NCBI GenBank assembly: GCA_028448965.1
Contig: JAONQT010000001.1
Location: 1 to 60,528, forward strand
DNA from: Nitrosopumilus sp.
Lineage (GTDB): Archaea; Thermoproteota; Nitrososphaeria; Nitrososphaerales; Nitrosopumilaceae
Direction of reading: 5' to 3'
Length of the DNA stretch: 60,528 bases
Shown piece after piece: positions 57,614 to 60,528 of this stretch; position 1 is the first letter of the stretch; every line of letters begins with the position of its first letter. The position numbers were made by a program, and so were the translations under genes. The notes under the pieces were generated by a model. It was given only the letters and a program-made list of their open reading frames with translations, had not been told where the DNA came from and searched no databases.

Positions 57614-58426
57614 TCAATAATCTTCAAGAATACCAGCCTTATTTCGATGAGAATATCCAAATTCCTTGTTTTTGGACAGATGATTACCATCAAAGATAGT
57701 TCCATCCTTACAAGCAAGATCCTCACCAACGCAACAACTACCACAAATTCCAATACCACATTTCATCATACGTTCAAGACTTGCTTGAACAAAGATACCT
57801 CGAGAATGAGCAGATTGAACAATTTTGTACATCATTTTTTCAGGTCCACAAGTATACACTCCGTCAAAATGAGATGTACTTACCAATTTTTCAGCTGCAT
57901 CAGTAACAAATCCTTTTTCACCATAACTTCCATCATCTGTAGAAACAATCACATTATGCGAATTATTTTTTAAAAGTTCATTTGCTAAAGTTTCAAAGAA
58001 AACTTCATCCTTAGATTTTGCACCAATTAAAACAGTTACATCATCGGTAGGTTTTACATGAGTAAGTAATCGCATCATTGGGACAAGGCCAGTTCCACCT
58101 CCAACTAACAAAAGTCTTCCTTCTTTAATATCAAAAGCATTTCCATAAGGTCCACGAATTCCAATTTTGTCTCCAGTTTGAATATTAAATAATCCAGTAG
58201 ATGCTAACCCGTGTTTTCTTACAGTGAATGCTGCCTTTCCAGATTCTTTAGAAATCATTACGCTCATAGGTAATTCATTAATTCCAGGAATCCAAACCAT
58301 TGCAAACTGTCCAGGTAAAACATTAGACATTATATGATCTGAAAAATATAAAGTTCTAACAGTAGGGGTTTCATCAATTACTTTTTCAATTGTAACGATA
58401 GTAGTATGGTTAGAATTTCTTTGCAA
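57614..58426 (-). CDS. pyrK: dihydroorotate dehydrogenase electron transfer subunit
   Basis: PGQF.M, RGPYG, GGG.G, CGP..M, MKCGIGICGSC...C.DG. Confidence 0.95.
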   Translation of the reverse strand: MQRNSNHTTIVTIEKVIDETPTVRTLYFSDHIMSNVLPGQFAMVWIPGINELPMSVMISKESGKAAFTVRKHGLASTGLFNIQTGDKIGIRGPYGNAFDIKEGRLLLVGGGTGLVPMMRLLTHVKPTDDVTVLIGAKSKDEVFFETLANELLKNNSHNVIVSTDDGSYGEKGFVTDAAEKLVSTSHFDGVYTCGPEKMMYKIVQSAHSRGIFVQASLERMMKCGIGICGSCCVGEDLACKDGTIFDGNHLSKNKEFGYSHRNKAGILEDY

Positions 58427-59321
58427 GTCCCACCATCTCCCCTATTGTAGAATAATTTTTCTTTTTCATGTATTGTAGAATACCTTTGTTAATATCATCA
58501 AAAACATTAATCCAATTATCACCAATAGCACTACCAAGTTGAATAGCAGAGGCACCAGCTAAGAAAAATTCAATTGCATCTTCCCAAGTAGAAATACCGC
58601 CACACCCAATTATTGGGACATTATATTTTGAAGCAATTTCATAAACGCATCTTAAAGCAATTGGTTTAATTGGAGTACCAGATAACCCACCAAATTTATT
58701 ACTAAGAATAGGTCGTTGAGTTTCAACGTCTATTGCCATAGCTCTAACAGTGTTAATTGCAGTAATAGCATCAATTCCAGAATCAATTGCAATTTTAACA
58801 GTATTCAGATAATGAGTAGTACCCAAACCAACTTTTGCAATTACAGGGACATCAGTAGAATTTTTTACAGTAGTTACAATTTTTTTTACTAATTCAGGAT
58901 CATCTCCAACTTCTAAACCAACTTTTGCTACATGAGGACAAGATAAATTTAATTCAAATGCAGTAACTTTACAATTTTTAAATTCATTTATCATCATTTC
59001 AAAATCTTTTGGAATAGAACCAACTAAACTTACCATAATTGGAACATTTTGATTTGATTCAATCATTTTAGCAAAATTTGTAGCTCCAGGATTTGAAAGA
59101 CCAACAGCGTTCATCCAACCACCTCCATTTACACTGAAAATAGTTGGATTTGGATAACCCTCCCAGGGTTCACTACTAAGGGACTTAGTAACAACAGCTC
59201 CAGCTCCTGAACGATATAATCGATTAAACACATCTAAGGAAATTCCTAAAATTCCAGATGCAAGCATAGCAGGTTTATTCAATTGAATTTTACCTATAGA
59301 AGTTGCAAGACTAGGTTCCAT
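58410..59321 (-). CDS. pyrD: dihydroorotate dehydrogenase 1B catalytic subunit
   Basis: LASG, VTKS, NAVGLSNPG, ELNLSCPH, INT, GGLSG. Confidence 0.96.
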   Translation of the reverse strand: MEPSLATSIGKIQLNKPAMLASGILGISLDVFNRLYRSGAGAVVTKSLSSEPWEGYPNPTIFSVNGGGWMNAVGLSNPGATNFAKMIESNQNVPIMVSLVGSIPKDFEMMINEFKNCKVTAFELNLSCPHVAKVGLEVGDDPELVKKIVTTVKNSTDVPVIAKVGLGTTHYLNTVKIAIDSGIDAITAINTVRAMAIDVETQRPILSNKFGGLSGTPIKPIALRCVYEIASKYNVPIIGCGGISTWEDAIEFFLAGASAIQLGSAIGDNWINVFDDINKGILQYMKKKNYSTIGEMVGLAKKF

Positions 59322-59406
59322 CAGGATAGATAAATCTAGTTTCGAATATAATAGTTGATTTGAGGGTCTAGTACATTTTTTAAAGGTGATCTAGGTTCAA
59401 CTATTC

Positions 59407-60528
59407 ATGTATTCAGTAATTTTAACAGAATTAGGAATATCAGTTTTTAATGATGGACAAGTTGATAAAGCATTTGCATTTTCAAATCCAGTTAAAGAAT
59501 ATCTTGCAGTAAAAAGCAAAGAGGCAAAATTAAATGAATTAATAAATTATTTAGCTAAAATTCAAAGAGGGGTTGCAGTAAGTGATGAATCATTACTTGC
59601 CATTTTAAAGAAATTTTCAATTGATTGTCATATAATGGATTTAGAACAATTAGAAAAAATACAAACAACAAAACCGCAAATAATTGTAGATTCAGGATTT
59701 GCATCAAATCTTCAAGATACTCTAGGGAAATTAAGAGAATTTGCTCTAGGATTTTCATCTTCGAAGGTTACAGAAGTATCACAAAGTCCAGATCTACACA
59801 TCATCCAAGCAATTAATTCATTAGATGAAATTGATAAAATTGCAAATGGATTAAGTTCAAGACTTAGAGAATGGTATGGGTTGCATTTTCCTGAATTGGA
59901 TAATATGATAGACAGTATTAACGGATATGCACAAATTGTAATGGCAGGTAAACGTGAATCATTATCAAAACAAGTTTTTGAAGAAGCAGGTTTTCCAGAA
60001 TCAAAAGTAGAAATGTTATCATTAATTTTATCAAAAAGTAGAGGTGGAGATATTTCAGATATTAATTTAACAATAGTTCAGTCAATTGCAAAACAAATTT
60101 TAGATTTTCATGAGTTACGTAAAAAACTTGAAGAGCATGTTGAATCAGAAATGCATGAAATTGCACCAAATGTTTCAGCTATACTCGGTAGTGCTGTAGG
60201 TGCAAGAATTTTAGGAAGAGCTGGAAGTCTCAAAAAAATGGCGTCAATGCCTGCTAGTACAATACAAGTGTTAGGTGCTGAAAAAGCATTGTTTAGAGCT
60301 TTAAAAACAGGATCACAGCCACCTAAACATGGATTGCTATTCCAGCATGCAATGGTACATGCAGCTCCTAGATGGCAAAGAGGTAAAATTGCACGAGCCG
60401 TTGCTGCAAAAGCAGTAATTGGTGCAAGAGTAGATGTTTACGGAGAAGGATTGAATCAAACTTTATTGGATAAACTCAACATCAGAGTGGATGAAATAGG
60501 TAAAAAATATGAAAATCCAACTGAAAAA
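59407..60528 (+). CDS. nop5: Nop5 (Nop56/58) box C/D sRNP protein, runs off the window end
   Basis: Translated by hand from ATG 59407: LREWYGLHFPEL, IAPN, PASTIQVLGAEKALF, PPKHG. Confidence 0.93.
   Translation, partial: MYSVILTELGISVFNDGQVDKAFAFSNPVKEYLAVKSKEAKLNELINYLAKIQRGVAVSDESLLAILKKFSIDCHIMDLEQLEKIQTTKPQIIVDSGFASNLQDTLGKLREFALGFSSSKVTEVSQSPDLHIIQAINSLDEIDKIANGLSSRLREWYGLHFPELDNMIDSINGYAQIVMAGKRESLSKQVFEEAGFPESKVEMLSLILSKSRGGDISDINLTIVQSIAKQILDFHELRKKLEEHVESEMHEIAPNVSAILGSAVGARILGRAGSLKKMASMPASTIQVLGAEKALFRALKTGSQPPKHGLLFQHAMVHAAPRWQRGKIARAVAAKAVIGARVDVYGEGLNQTLLDKLNIRVDEIGKKYENPTEK

Noticed and set aside
149-57973. Numerous 60-140 aa ORFs antisense to or overlapping long genes
   Set aside because: They are shadow ORFs from codon bias on the opposite strand, with no motifs.
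59555-59816. Two short ORFs listed in the track
   Set aside because: They are shadows of the Nop5 frame, which starts at 59407 and runs off the window.

Overview
AT-rich archaeal chromosome segment, almost certainly from a marine ammonia-oxidising Nitrososphaerota (Nitrosopumilaceae). Support for this: thaumarchaeosortase, type IB topoisomerase, TBP, RadA, class I LysRS, Elp3, F420 genes cofC/D/G/H, Rpo4, L21e, S30e and Nop5. The window is mostly core genome. It carries RNase P RNA, three tRNA genes (Pro-TGG, Ser-GCT, and Met-CAT with a non-canonical intron), a box C/D-like sRNA and many micro zinc-finger ORFs. No CRISPR array, integrase or transposase was seen. The best new lead is a 19-bp palindromic element (GTACCGTACYATACKGTAT). 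It sits at the same distance from a TATA-like box in front of radA and in front of an uncharacterised winged-helix regulator that is followed by a PAC2 proteasome-chaperone gene, which suggests a LexA-independent, SOS-like repressor circuit. Other leads are an N-terminally truncated TopIB, a zinc-ribbon gene split by an in-frame TAG, and two unannotated structured RNAs. All product calls come from motif recognition; no database search was run.
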